In this document: piece after piece, positions 1-11,455 of the stretch
How positions within the stretch are numbered: the stretch's first letter is position 1
Layout: every line of letters starts with the position of its first letter
Assembly: GCF_014378035.1 (NCBI RefSeq)
Contig: NZ_JACMOM010000320.1
Coordinates: 1,495-65,494 of the forward strand
Length of the DNA stretch: 64,000 nucleotides
Origin: Aeromicrobium sp.
GTDB lineage: Bacteria > Actinomycetota > Actinomycetes > Propionibacteriales > Nocardioidaceae
Direction of reading: 5' to 3'
Program-made: the position numbers and the translations under genes
Notes under the pieces: model-generated
The model's database searches: none
What the model was told of the DNA's origin: nothing
Seen by the model: the letters and a program-made list of their open reading frames with translations, nothing else

Positions 1-1685
1 AGGAGCTCATACGGCATGCGCCGGACGTCGTCGCCGTCACCCGCGACGGAGATGTTCTCGGCGCACACTTCGCTGCCGGCGGTTCGATGTCCAAGCAGAG
101 CCTCATCGAGGTGCAAGCCGCGATCACACAGGCCGATGACGACCTCGGCCGAGCCGTGCACACGCTCGAGCGTCTGCGCTTCGAGCACGACGCGGCCGAA
201 GCGCAGCGTGACTCTGCGCAGGAACGCGTCGATGCGGCCCTCAGCCATCTGCACGAGTCCGACGCGACCATGGCCGCCGTCGCTGAGAACCTGGGCCATC
301 TCGGTGCCACAGCCCGCGCTGCCCGCGGCGAGGCCGACCGTTTGTCGTCCGCCATCGCGACGGCCAAGGAGTCTCGCGCCGGCGACCTCTCCGGACTCGC
401 CGAGCTCGAGGAGCGGCTCGCCCAGGCCGAGTCGGCACCCGAGGAGGAGCCTGACACCGCGCTCCTGGAGGAGCTCGCCGAGAAGGCATCCACTCTTCGT
501 CGTGCCGAGACCGAGGCCCGACTGGCGCTGCGCACCAACGAGGAGCGCGCCCGAGCGCTGGCCGGTCAGGTGACTGCCTTGTTCGAGGCGGCCGAGGCCG
601 AGCGCGAGGCGAGGATCAGGGCCAAGGAGCGCCGCGAGCGCCAGCTCCGCGAGGCCGAGACCGCCCGTGCCGTCATCGTCGCGAGCGACCAGGTGCTGGC
701 TCGCCTCGAGCAGTCGGTGGCTCGCGCTTCGGCGCTTCGCACCGAGATCGAGACGTCGCGCACCGGCCGCGAGGAGACCCTGCGCACAGTGAGGGGCCGT
801 CTGCGCGAGCTGAGCGCTGAGCTCGACGGCCTCACCGACTCGGTCCACCGGGACGAGATGGCGCGGGCCGAGCTTCGTCTGCGCCTCGAGGGGCTCGAAG
901 GCCGAGCGCTCGAAGAGCTCGGGCTCGACGTCGAGTCGCTCGTCACCGACTTCGGTCCAGACCAGCTCGTACCGCCGATCACGGCTGACGATGAGGCTGA
1001 GCCGGGCGATCCCGTGCCGTACGACCGCGACGTGCAGACCAAGCGTCTGCGTAGTGCCGAGCGCTCACTCGCCATGCTGGGCAAGGTCAACCCGCTGGCG
1101 CTCGAGGAGTTCACTGCGCTGGAGGAACGCCACCGCTTCCTGTCCGAGCAGCTCGACGACCTCCGCAAGACCCGGCAGGACCTTCTCGACATCGTCGATG
1201 AGGTCGACGCCAAGGTCGAGCAGGTCTTCACCGAGGCGTGGTACGACGTCGAGCGCGAGTTCGAGGACGTTTTCTCGCGGCTCTTCCCGGGCGGCGAGGG
1301 TGCGCTGATCCTCACCGACCCGCAGAACATGCTGACCACCGGCATCGATGTCGAGGCGCGTCCCCCTGGCAAGAAGGTCAAGCGTCTGTCGCTGTTGTCC
1401 GGCGGCGAACGATCGCTCGTGGCGGTGGCGTTCCTGGTGGCGCTGTTCAAGGCACGACCCAGTCCGTTCTATATCCTCGACGAGGTCGAGGCGGCGCTCG
1501 ACGACACCAACCTCGGCCGTCTTCTCGAGATCTACGAAGAGCTCCGCGCCAACTCACAGCTCATCGTCATCACCCACCAGAAGCGCACCATGGAGGTCGC
1601 CGACGCGCTCTACGGCGTGTCGATGCGCGGTGACGGAGTCTCGGCGGTCATCAGCCAGCGCCTCCGTGACGAAGCGTCCGCCTGA
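1..1685 (+). CDS. smc: Chromosome segregation protein SMC (C-terminal part; 5' end lies outside the window)
   Basis: Frame is open from base 3. Long coiled coil, GKVNPLALEEF motif, signature LSGGERSL, Walker B/D-loop YILDEVEAALDD. Confidence 0.97.
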   Translation, partial: ELIRHAPDVVAVTRDGDVLGAHFAAGGSMSKQSLIEVQAAITQADDDLGRAVHTLERLRFEHDAAEAQRDSAQERVDAALSHLHESDATMAAVAENLGHLGATARAARGEADRLSSAIATAKESRAGDLSGLAELEERLAQAESAPEEEPDTALLEELAEKASTLRRAETEARLALRTNEERARALAGQVTALFEAAEAEREARIRAKERRERQLREAETARAVIVASDQVLARLEQSVARASALRTEIETSRTGREETLRTVRGRLRELSAELDGLTDSVHRDEMARAELRLRLEGLEGRALEELGLDVESLVTDFGPDQLVPPITADDEAEPGDPVPYDRDVQTKRLRSAERSLAMLGKVNPLALEEFTALEERHRFLSEQLDDLRKTRQDLLDIVDEVDAKVEQVFTEAWYDVEREFEDVFSRLFPGGEGALILTDPQNMLTTGIDVEARPPGKKVKRLSLLSGGERSLVAVAFLVALFKARPSPFYILDEVEAALDDTNLGRLLEIYEELRANSQLIVITHQKRTMEVADALYGVSMRGDGVSAVISQRLRDEASA

Positions 1686-1687
1686 TC

Positions 1688-2128
1688 GTGGGCGACACCA
1701 ACGAGGCGCGCCTTCGCACCGACTTCCCGGTCGTGCGGACGATCACCACCCGCTGGTCCGACGAGGACGTCTACGGGCATGTCAACAACGTCGTCTACCT
1801 GTCCTACGTCGACACCGCGGTCAACGGCTACCTGATCGACGCGACCGGGTCCGACACCCGACGACTCGACGCCGTCGGCCTGGTTGCCGAGAGTCGCTGC
1901 GAGTACCTCCGCGAGCTGCGCTTCCCGGCCGACGTCGAGGTGGGGCTCAGCGTGACGCGGCTCGGCACCTCGAGCATCGTCTACCGCATCGGGCTCTTCC
2001 AGGGCGACAGCGACGAGCCGGCCGCGCTGGTGCATTACGTCCACGTCTACGTCGATGCCAAGACCCGGAGGTCGACCCCCGTTCCCGACGTCATCCGCCA
2101 CGCCACCACCCCGCTCGCGAGTCACTGA
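1688..2128 (+). CDS. Acyl-CoA thioesterase, 4HBT/YbgC hot-dog family
   Basis: Motif RWSDEDVYGHVNNVVY; 146 aa. Confidence 0.9.
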   Translation: MGDTNEARLRTDFPVVRTITTRWSDEDVYGHVNNVVYLSYVDTAVNGYLIDATGSDTRRLDAVGLVAESRCEYLRELRFPADVEVGLSVTRLGTSSIVYRIGLFQGDSDEPAALVHYVHVYVDAKTRRSTPVPDVIRHATTPLASH

Positions 2129-2464
2129 GGACGGCTCGCGAGTCACTCAGGACGGCACTTCACGACGCCAGGGCGCAACCAATGACATGCGGACGAGTGG
2201 GCTTGGGTCGAGTAGGCCGTGTGCCAGTTGCCCTCTGCGGGAGCAAGGGGTGCTCCGTCCGCAAGTGTTCGCGGTATCTGTCGGTTCGATCGTCATCGCA
2301 ATGCTCGCTGAGTGTGGTGACGATGTGGCGGACCGTCCGGGTCCATCACGAGGGTTCTGCGTGACTCGCGAGTGGTCCTGCGTGACTCGTGAGGGGTTCT
2401 GCGTGACTCGCGAGTGGTCCTGCGTGACTCGCGAGTGGTCCTGCGTGACTCGCGAGCGGGGTGG
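2106..2464. repeat. Foldback/MITE- or REP-like element: two inverted arrays of 21-bp palindrome-containing repeats
   Basis: Perfect 20-bp terminal inverted repeat CCACCCCGCTCGCGAGTCAC (2106-2125) / GTGACTCGCGAGCGGGGTGG (2445-2464). Two 21-bp units on the left (2113-2154) and five opposite-orientation units on the right (starting 2357, 2378, 2399, 2420, 2441). Confidence 0.85.
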
Positions 2465-2483
2465 GCGCGCCTAGGATCGGGGG

Positions 2484-3596
2484 GTGACCTTGCTTGAGCT
2501 GATCCTGATCATCGCCACCGGTGTCCTCGTGCTCGGCGGTGGCGCTGCCCTCGTCCTGACGCGAGGACGCAAGGAGCTTCCTCCTCCCTCGGTGTCCGAC
2601 GCGATCACGGAGGGGACGCCCGAGCCCGACTCCGAGGACGAACCGGCGTCGGCCGTCGACACCATCGAACGCCCTGAAGCAGCGCAGGGTCGCCTCGTAC
2701 GTCTGCGGACGCGGCTCGCCCGCTCGCAGGGGTCGCTGGGCAAGGGCCTCCTCGCCGTTCTCGGCCGCACGACGCTCGACGACGCAGCGTGGGAGGAGAT
2801 CGAGGACACCCTTCTGGCGGCCGACGTCGGCGTCGCGGCATCGCAAGAGCTCGTCGACCACCTTCGCACCCGGCTCCGGGTCGAGGGCGTGGACGACCCC
2901 GCCCGCGCCAAGGCAGTGCTCCGTGAAGAGCTTGTCGGAGTCATCGACCCGTCGCTCGACCGGTCGCTCGCGTCAACGGGGGCAGACGGCAAGCCCGGAG
3001 TCGTCCTCGTCGTCGGCGTCAACGGCACCGGCAAGACCACGACGGTGGGCCGGCTGGCGCGGGTGCTCGTGCGGGAGCCCAAGACCGTCGTGCTCGGTGC
3101 CGCGGACACGTTCCGCGCGGCGGCCGCCGATCAGCTGCAGACGTGGGGCGAGCGTGTGGGCGTGCCCACCGTGCGCGGCCCCGAGGGCGGCGACCCGGCC
3201 AGCGTCGGCTTCGAGGCCGTCGAGCGCGGCATCGCCGATGGCACCGATGTGGTGCTCGTCGACACCGCCGGCCGCCTGCACACCAAGTCCGGACTCATGG
3301 ACGAGCTCGGCAAGGTCAAGCGCGTCATCGAGAAGCAGGCGCCCGTCACCGAGGTGCTGCTTGTCATCGACGCGACAACTGGCCAGAACGGCCTCACTCA
3401 GGCGCGCGTCTTCGGTGAGGTCGTCGACGTCACCGGCATCGTCCTCACCAAGCTCGACGGCACGGCAAAGGGCGGTATCGTCATCGCCGTCCAGCGCGAG
3501 CTCGGCGTGCCGGTGAAGTTCGTAGGACTCGGAGAGGGCGCCGACGACCTCGCACCCTTCGACGCCGAGGAGTTCGTCGACGCGCTGCTCGCGTAG
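2484..3596 (+). CDS. ftsY: Signal recognition particle receptor FtsY
   Basis: N-terminal TM segment, [40 protein letters not shown] lies 6 nt before the GTG, suggesting a leaderless start. Confidence 0.97.
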   Translation: MTLLELILIIATGVLVLGGGAALVLTRGRKELPPPSVSDAITEGTPEPDSEDEPASAVDTIERPEAAQGRLVRLRTRLARSQGSLGKGLLAVLGRTTLDDAAWEEIEDTLLAADVGVAASQELVDHLRTRLRVEGVDDPARAKAVLREELVGVIDPSLDRSLASTGADGKPGVVLVVGVNGTGKTTTVGRLARVLVREPKTVVLGAADTFRAAAADQLQTWGERVGVPTVRGPEGGDPASVGFEAVERGIADGTDVVLVDTAGRLHTKSGLMDELGKVKRVIEKQAPVTEVLLVIDATTGQNGLTQARVFGEVVDVTGIVLTKLDGTAKGGIVIAVQRELGVPVKFVGLGEGADDLAPFDAEEFVDALLA

Positions 3597-3616
3597 CTCC
3601 GCACGTCCCCACCCAC

Positions 3617-3685
3617 GTAACATGCTGTTTACACATCGACCGACTTCGTGATGTTCCCGCAACACGAAGCATCGAATGCTGAAAC
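3617..3685 (+). promoter_or_regulatory. Putative GlnR-type nitrogen regulation boxes upstream of amtB
   Basis: GTAAC-n6-TTTAC at 3617-3632, plus GCAAC (3659) and GAAAC (3681) 22 bp apart. These resemble the actinobacterial GlnR box gTnAc-n6-GaAAc, and amtB-glnK-glnD is a classic GlnR target. Confidence 0.55.
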
Positions 3686-3757
3686 TCCCTGACGCCAGTC
3701 TGTAGCGCAGCAGTCGGCCCCCCGGCTGCGCACGACAACACTTCTTTCGGAGGTTTC

Positions 3758-5379
<1,622 letters not shown>

Positions 5380-5383
5380 ACAC

Positions 5384-7678
5384 GTGCCCCACCAGGACGT
5401 GCCAGCAAGGGAAGAGCTGGCGCAACGCCGCAGTGATCGTGCCCTCGAGGCCGATCGGGTCTTGCGTCAGCTCTTTGCGAAGGCCGTGCCCGCCGACGGC
5501 ACAGACCCGCGCGAGGGCGCGGGTATCGCGCTGGTCGCCGTCGGGGGCTACGGCCGGTCAGAGCTGTCGCCGTTCAGCGATCTTGACGTCGTGCTCCTGC
5601 ACGACCCGTCGCTCGACGACGCGTACATCCGTGAGGTCGCTGAGTCGATCTGGTATCCCCTCTGGAACGACGGGGTGGCCCTTGACCACTCCGTACGCGA
5701 CACCGTCCAGATGAGGGAGACCGCGACGACCGATCATCGTGCCGCGATGGGCATGCTCGACGCGCGCGCGGTCGCCGGCGACGCGGGCCTGGTCCTGACG
5801 CTGCGTGCCCAGGTGCTCGCCGACTGGCGACGCGAGGCGCGCACCCGCGTGCAGGAGGTGCGTGAGGCGCGGTCGGCCCGCATCGAGCGCTCCGGATGGC
5901 TCGCCGACTCTGCCATCCCTGATCTCAAGGAATCGGGCGGCGGCCTGCGTGACAGCGTCACCCTGCGCGCGCTCGTCGCAACGTGGCTGATCGACGTCCC
6001 GCACGGTGAGTCCGAGGCGCTCCGGTCAGCGCTGCTCGACGTGCGCGACGCGCTGCACGAGACCGCCGGGCGACGGGTCGAGCGGCTCGATGCCGAGATC
6101 ATCCCGGAGGTGGCGCGGTTTCTCGGCACGGGCGCCGAGGAGCTCGACCTGCACACCCGCCAGCTCGGACGTCGCATCGCACACCTCTCGTCGTTGGCAT
6201 GGCGTCGCGTCGACGTGGCCCTCGCGCCGGCACGCAAAGGCACCTTCACCTCCACCGGCCCGGTCGTCACACGGCTGGCGGAGGGAGTCGGGGTGCTGGA
6301 CGGCGAGGTGATAGTCATCCAGAAGGCCGACCCGGCAGGTGATCCGGAGGTGGCTCTGCGGGCGGCGGCTGCGGCCGTGCGCGAGGGGCTCCCGCTGAGT
6401 CCAGGATCGGCGGGGCGTCTCGCGCAGACCATGGGGGAGCTGCCCCAACCGTGGCCGGCGTCGGCCCAACGGTTGCTGATCGACCTGCTGATGGCAGGGC
6501 CGAGCCTCGTCGGGGTGTGGGTCGAGCTCGACTTCGCTGGTGTCATCGATCGGCTGCTGCCGGAGTGGGCAGCCATCCGGCTGCGCGGGTCGTCGTCGCC
6601 GGTGCATCGCTTCACGGTCGACCGGCACAGTCTCGAGACCTGCGTCTATGCCGCCGAGGTGCAGCGCGACGTCGCGCGTCCTGACCTGCTCGCGGTCGCG
6701 GCGCTGCTGCACGACATCGGCAAGGGCGTCGACGGCGATCATTCAGAGGTCGGGGAGCCGATGGCCGTGGGCATCGCGACGCGCTGGGGCTTCACGCCCG
6801 CGGACGCTGCGGTGATCGGCAGGCTGGTCCGGTGGCACCTGCTGCTTCCGACGATCGCCACCCGGCGCGACATCGAGGACCCGTCGACCGCGGCCAACGT
6901 CGCCGAGATCGTCGGGTCCGACGACTTCCTCGACCTGCTCGCGGCGCTCACGGGTGCTGATGCGCAGGCCACCAGCCCGGCGGCGTGGTCGACCTGGCGT
7001 CAGGGTCTCGTGGTGGGTCTCGTCGACAAGGTGAGGGAGGTGCTCGACGACTCGGTCAGGACCCCCGATCCCGAGGCCTACGAGGGGTGGCCTGCCGACG
7101 TGCCGATTCCCGATCACGGGGCAACCGGCCCAGCCGACTTCACGCTGACGGTCGAGTCGCACGGGGAGGTCTCGTTGCTCAAGATCGTCACCGCCAACCG
7201 CCGCGGCGTCATCGCAGACCTCGCCGGTGGGCTGGCCCTCGCGGGGCTCGCGATCCGCTCGGCGCGCACCGTCACCCTCGGCGACGCGGCGGTGTCGCTG
7301 TGGGAGGTCGGCCGCCCGGACATCGACGCGGCGAGGCTGACCGAACGACTCCGACCGGCCATGGCCGGAGAGCTCGACCTCGCCGGACGTCTCGAGCTGA
7401 CCTCGATCGCCGATGCGAAAGACGCACGCGTCCGACTCCTCGCCCGGTTGTCCGAGACGGCGACGCTGATCGAGGTGCGCACCCGCGACCGGCGCGGTCT
7501 GGTCTGGACGGTGTGTGACGCCATCGCTGGCCTGGGGCTCTCGATCCGGTCGGCCCACATGTCGACGTACGGCGAGGAGGTGCGCGACGTCTTCTACGTC
7601 GTCGGTGCCGACGGTCAGCGACTCCAGGACGAAGCGGCGGCAGCTCTACGCGAGACCGTGGCTGCAGCCCTCTCCTGA
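5384..7678 (+). CDS. glnD: [Protein-PII] uridylyl/adenylyltransferase
   Basis: ALVAVGGYGRSELSPFSDLD NTase motif, PDLKESGGGLRD, HD domain (LLHDIGKG), C-terminal ACT domains. Start codon approximate (GTG). Confidence 0.93.
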   Translation: MPHQDVPAREELAQRRSDRALEADRVLRQLFAKAVPADGTDPREGAGIALVAVGGYGRSELSPFSDLDVVLLHDPSLDDAYIREVAESIWYPLWNDGVALDHSVRDTVQMRETATTDHRAAMGMLDARAVAGDAGLVLTLRAQVLADWRREARTRVQEVREARSARIERSGWLADSAIPDLKESGGGLRDSVTLRALVATWLIDVPHGESEALRSALLDVRDALHETAGRRVERLDAEIIPEVARFLGTGAEELDLHTRQLGRRIAHLSSLAWRRVDVALAPARKGTFTSTGPVVTRLAEGVGVLDGEVIVIQKADPAGDPEVALRAAAAAVREGLPLSPGSAGRLAQTMGELPQPWPASAQRLLIDLLMAGPSLVGVWVELDFAGVIDRLLPEWAAIRLRGSSSPVHRFTVDRHSLETCVYAAEVQRDVARPDLLAVAALLHDIGKGVDGDHSEVGEPMAVGIATRWGFTPADAAVIGRLVRWHLLLPTIATRRDIEDPSTAANVAEIVGSDDFLDLLAALTGADAQATSPAAWSTWRQGLVVGLVDKVREVLDDSVRTPDPEAYEGWPADVPIPDHGATGPADFTLTVESHGEVSLLKIVTANRRGVIADLAGGLALAGLAIRSARTVTLGDAAVSLWEVGRPDIDAARLTERLRPAMAGELDLAGRLELTSIADAKDARVRLLARLSETATLIEVRTRDRRGLVWTVCDAIAGLGLSIRSAHMSTYGEEVRDVFYVVGADGQRLQDEAAAALRETVAAALS

Positions 7679-7691
7679 CCCACCTCGTTGG

Positions 7692-7836
7692 GCGGTGCCT
7701 CAGCGTCCACGCCGAGCCGAGTCATCCCGACAGCGGTGCCTCAGCGTCCACGCCGAGCCGAACCTTGGACGCCAACCCACCGCCGCGGGGTTGGGGTGGA
7801 CGCTGACCCACCGCCCGGTCGGGGGATGGGCGGTGG
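7692..7836. repeat. REP/BIME-like cluster of direct and inverted repeats between glnD and ffh
   Basis: GCGGTGCCTCAGCGTCCACGCCGAGCCGA occurs identically at 7692-7720 and 7733-7761. Related inverted copies TGGACGCCAACCCACCGCC (7766-7784) and TGGACGCTGACCCACCGCC (7797-7815). Hairpin CCACCGCCC...GGGCGGTGG at 7808-7836. Confidence 0.75.
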
Positions 7837-7893
7837 CGCTCTCGGATAGGCTTGCACAAACCCCTCAACCCGACCCGAGGATGCCTCCGCCCC

Positions 7894-9441
7894 ATGTTCG
7901 ACACCCTGCAAGATCGGCTGCAGTCAGCGTTCAAGAACCTGCGCGGCAAGGGTCGCCTGTCCGAGGCTGACATCGATGCTGTTGCACGCGAGATCCGCAT
8001 CGCACTGCTCGATGCCGATGTCGCCGTGTCGGTCGTGCGGGAGTTCATCGCCAACGTCAAGGAACGTGCCTCCGGCGCCGAGGTCAGCCAGTCGCTCAAC
8101 CCCGCGCAGCAGGTCATCAAGATCGTCAACGACGAGCTCGTCGCAATCCTCGGTGGTGAGACCCGGCGTATCCGCTACGCCAAGAACCCGCCCACCGTCA
8201 TCATGCTGGCCGGTCTCCAGGGTGCGGGCAAGACGACGCTCGCCGGCAAGCTCGGCCTGTGGCTCAAGGAGCAGGGCAAGTCGCCGATGCTCGTGGCCGC
8301 CGACCTCCAGCGCCCCAACGCCGTCACCCAGCTCGAGGTCGTGGGCAAGCAGGCCGGCGTCACGGTCTACGCTCCCGAGCCGGGCAACGGCGTCGGCGAC
8401 CCGGTCAAGGTGGCGCGCGACGGCCTGGCCGAAGCCCGCCGCACCCTGCACGACGTGGTCGTCGTCGACACCGCCGGACGCCTCGGCATCGACGCTGACC
8501 TGATGCAGCAGGCGGCCGACATCCGTGCCGCCGTCGACCCCGACGAGGTGCTCTTCGTCATCGACGCGATGATCGGTCAGGATGCTGTCGTCACGGCGCA
8601 GGCATTCCTCGAAGGTGTCGACTTCACCGGTGTGGTGCTGACCAAGCTCGATGGCGACGCTCGCGGCGGTGCTGCGCTTTCCGTCCGCTCCATCACCGGC
8701 CGCCCGATCATGTTCGCGTCCACCGGCGAGAAGCTCACCGACTTCGATGCCTTCCACCCCGACCGCATGGCCTCGCGCATCCTCGACATGGGCGACGTGA
8801 TGACGCTCATCGAGCAGGCCGAGAAGGCGTTCGATGCTGACGAGGCCGCCAAGGCTGCCGAGAAGCTCACCGGTGGTTCGTTCACGCTGCAGGACTTCCT
8901 CGGTCAGATGGAAGCCATGGCCAAGATGGGCTCGATGTCCAAGATCGTGGGCATGCTCCCCGGCATGGGCCAGTTCAAGGAGCAGCTCGCCAACTTCGAC
9001 GAGCGTGAGGTCGACCGCATCAAGGCCATCATCTTGTCGATGACACCCACCGAGCGCGACAACCCCAAGATGATCGACGGTTCGCGACGGGCACGTATCT
9101 CCAAGGGCTCCGGCACGCAGGTCAAGGACGTCAACCAGCTCGTCGACCGTTTCTTCGAGGCGCGCAAGATGATGCAGCAGATGGCCAAGGGCGGCGGCAT
9201 GCCGGGAATGCCCGGAATGGGAGGCATGCCGGGTATGCCCGGACTGCCAGGCTCCGGCAAGCGGGCCGGTGCCAAGCAGAAGCCCAAGAGCAAGAAGGGC
9301 AAGCGCGTCTCGGGCAACCCTGCCAAGCGAGCAGCCTCGGCCGTGGAGGCTCCCAAGCCCGACGGTGCGAGCGCCTTCGGTTTCCCCGCAGGCCGCAAGG
9401 ACGACTTCGAGCTGCCCAAGGAGCTCAAGGACCTCCTGTGA
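7894..9441 (+). CDS. ffh: Signal recognition particle protein Ffh
   Basis: MFDTLQDRL, GLQGAGKTT, DTAGRL, TKLDGDARGGAA, M domain, GMP-repeat tail. Confidence 0.97.
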   Translation: MFDTLQDRLQSAFKNLRGKGRLSEADIDAVAREIRIALLDADVAVSVVREFIANVKERASGAEVSQSLNPAQQVIKIVNDELVAILGGETRRIRYAKNPPTVIMLAGLQGAGKTTLAGKLGLWLKEQGKSPMLVAADLQRPNAVTQLEVVGKQAGVTVYAPEPGNGVGDPVKVARDGLAEARRTLHDVVVVDTAGRLGIDADLMQQAADIRAAVDPDEVLFVIDAMIGQDAVVTAQAFLEGVDFTGVVLTKLDGDARGGAALSVRSITGRPIMFASTGEKLTDFDAFHPDRMASRILDMGDVMTLIEQAEKAFDADEAAKAAEKLTGGSFTLQDFLGQMEAMAKMGSMSKIVGMLPGMGQFKEQLANFDEREVDRIKAIILSMTPTERDNPKMIDGSRRARISKGSGTQVKDVNQLVDRFFEARKMMQQMAKGGGMPGMPGMGGMPGMPGLPGSGKRAGAKQKPKSKKGKRVSGNPAKRAASAVEAPKPDGASAFGFPAGRKDDFELPKELKDLL

Positions 9442-9492
9442 CACAGAGGGGCGTGCACCGGCCGGTCTCTGTCCGGACATACAGTCGAAGGC

Positions 9493-10008
9493 ATGAGTCA
9501 GCCGCACCTGGTCGTGGTCATGGGCATCTCCGGAGTCGGCAAGTCTGCGGTGGGCCGAGAGCTCGCCGAGCGTGAGCACGTGCCCTACGCCGACGGCGAT
9601 GATTTTCACTCCGAGTCGAACATCGCCAAGATGTCCGCCGGCACACCCTTGACCGATCAGGACCGGTGGCCGTGGCTCGATGCGATCGGCGCCTGGCTCG
9701 CCGAGCATGACGGTGAGGGCGGTGTGGTCAGCTGCTCGGCCCTCAGACGCGCCTACCGTGACGTCCTCGTGGCGGCCGCACCCCGCACGACGTTCCTGCA
9801 CCTGACGGGTGCGCACGGCCTCATCGTGAAGCGGATGCAGGGACGCGACCACTTCATGCCGACATCGTTGCTGGAGTCGCAGGAGAAGACTCTCGAGCCG
9901 CTGCAGGACGACGAGCACGGCTGGGCCTTCGACGTCGCTCCGACACCGGCCGAGATCATCGATGGGTTCCTCGGAGAAGTCGAGCTGTCAGAAGGCGGTC
10001 ACGCGTGA
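9493..10008 (+). CDS. gntK: Gluconokinase (GntK/IdnK type)
   Basis: VMGISGVGKS P-loop, DGDDFH...NIAKM..GTPLTDQDRWPWL, CSALRRAYR, HFMPTSLLESQ. Confidence 0.93.
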   Translation: MSQPHLVVVMGISGVGKSAVGRELAEREHVPYADGDDFHSESNIAKMSAGTPLTDQDRWPWLDAIGAWLAEHDGEGGVVSCSALRRAYRDVLVAAAPRTTFLHLTGAHGLIVKRMQGRDHFMPTSLLESQEKTLEPLQDDEHGWAFDVAPTPAEIIDGFLGEVELSEGGHA

Positions 10009-11390
10009 TCCTCCACGCCCTCGCCACGGCAGACGTACCCGAACCGGTCAAGGCCGTCGCGGGCACGGGCCAGCTCATGGCGGCTGCACTGATCGGCATC
10101 GTCGTGATCGTCGTGCTCATCACGGTCGTCAAGCTGCACCCGTTCCTCGGGCTGACCGTCGGCTCGATCCTCGTGGGTGCCATCGCCGGGCGCCCCCTCG
10201 CCGACATCCTCGTGAGCTACACGAAAGGCGTCGGCGACACCGTCGCGAGCGTCGGCACCCTCATCGCCCTCGGCGCGATGTTCGGCAAGCTGCTGGCCGA
10301 CTCCGGCGGAGCCGACCAGATCGTCGACACCATCGTGAGCCACTCCACGACCCGTACGCTGCCGTGGGCCATGGCGCTGATCGGCGCCATCATCGGGTTG
10401 CCCATGTTCTTCGAGATCGGGCTGGTCCTGGTCATCCCGGTCGTGTTCCTCGTGGCCCAGAGGACGCAGCAGTCGATCATCGCGCTCGGCATCCCGGCGT
10501 TGGCCGGCCTCTCGGCAATGCACGGCTTCGTCCCGCCCCACCCGGGCCCGCTCACCGCGGTCGGCCTGCTCAACGCCGATCTCGGACTCACGTTGGGGCT
10601 CGGCATCCTCGTCGCGATCCCGGCGATCATCGTCTCGGGTCCGCTGTTCGCCCGTGTCGCGGCGCGCTGGGTCGACGTGCCTGCGCCATCGTCGTTCGAG
10701 GCACCGGAGCCCCGCAAGAACCGGCCGTCGTTCCCGGTCACGCTCGGCACGGTGCTGCTACCGGTGGTGCTGATGTTGGGCAAGACCGTCGCCGACGCCA
10801 TCTCACCCGATGCGAAGGGCCCCGTGGCGACGGGGCTCGACTTCATCGGTACGCCGCTGGTCGCCCTGCTGCTGTCAGTGCTCGTCGCGATGCTGACGCT
10901 GGGCCGCGGGGGAGGCATGAGCCGCGACGAGATCATGTCGACGGTCGAGAAGGGCCTGCCCCCGATCGCCGGCATCGTGTTCATCGTGGCTGCTGGCGGC
11001 GGGTTCAAGCAGACCCTCATCGACACCGGTATCGCGGAGGTCGTGGCCAGCTGGGTGCAGGACAGCGGCTTCTCGATCCTTCTGCTCGCGTGGCTCGTCG
11101 CGGTGTTCATCCGGGTTGCCACGGGGTCAGCGACGGTCGCCACGGTCACCGCCGCGGGAATCATCGCCCCCATCGCCGCGCAGCAGGGCACCACCGAGGT
11201 GTCGCTGCTGGTGCTGGCCATCGGCGCGGGCTCATTGTTCTTCTCCCACGTCAACGACGCAGGGTTCTGGCTCGTCAAGGAGTACTTCGGGCTCACCGTC
11301 GGACAAACGATCAAGACGTGGTCGTTGATGGAGACCGTCCTCTCGGTGACCGGTCTTGTCACCGTCCTGGGCGTGGGCCTCGTCATCTGA
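10005..11390 (+). CDS. gntP: Gluconate:H+ symporter, GntP family
   Basis: KLHPFLGL, MHGFVPPHPGP, RVATGSATVA, SHVNDAGFWLVKEYFG; GTGA overlap with gntK. Confidence 0.93.
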   Translation: MILHALATADVPEPVKAVAGTGQLMAAALIGIVVIVVLITVVKLHPFLGLTVGSILVGAIAGRPLADILVSYTKGVGDTVASVGTLIALGAMFGKLLADSGGADQIVDTIVSHSTTRTLPWAMALIGAIIGLPMFFEIGLVLVIPVVFLVAQRTQQSIIALGIPALAGLSAMHGFVPPHPGPLTAVGLLNADLGLTLGLGILVAIPAIIVSGPLFARVAARWVDVPAPSSFEAPEPRKNRPSFPVTLGTVLLPVVLMLGKTVADAISPDAKGPVATGLDFIGTPLVALLLSVLVAMLTLGRGGGMSRDEIMSTVEKGLPPIAGIVFIVAAGGGFKQTLIDTGIAEVVASWVQDSGFSILLLAWLVAVFIRVATGSATVATVTAAGIIAPIAAQQGTTEVSLLVLAIGAGSLFFSHVNDAGFWLVKEYFGLTVGQTIKTWSLMETVLSVTGLVTVLGVGLVI

Positions 11391-11455
11391 CCTTGCCCCG
11401 AAACCCGGGACGTTCGTCGTGCTGACCGGTCGTCGCGCGCAGGTAGGTTTGGGCA

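Noticed and set aside
2355-2464. 21-bp repeat array as a CRISPR array
   Set aside because: The units are directly adjacent with no unique spacers, and there are no cas genes in the window.
2055-2474. 139-aa ORF containing CVTREWS repeats
   Set aside because: It overlaps the thioesterase gene, and its repeats are just the translation of the 21-bp DNA array; no recognisable domain.
7680-7890. SRP 4.5S RNA (ffs) upstream of ffh
   Set aside because: No conserved SRP domain IV motif (CAGG...GNRA loop...AGCAG) is visible; the structure is explained by the repeats.
9190-9260. GMP repeats in the Ffh C-terminus as a novel feature
   Set aside because: This is a common low-complexity tail of actinobacterial Ffh.
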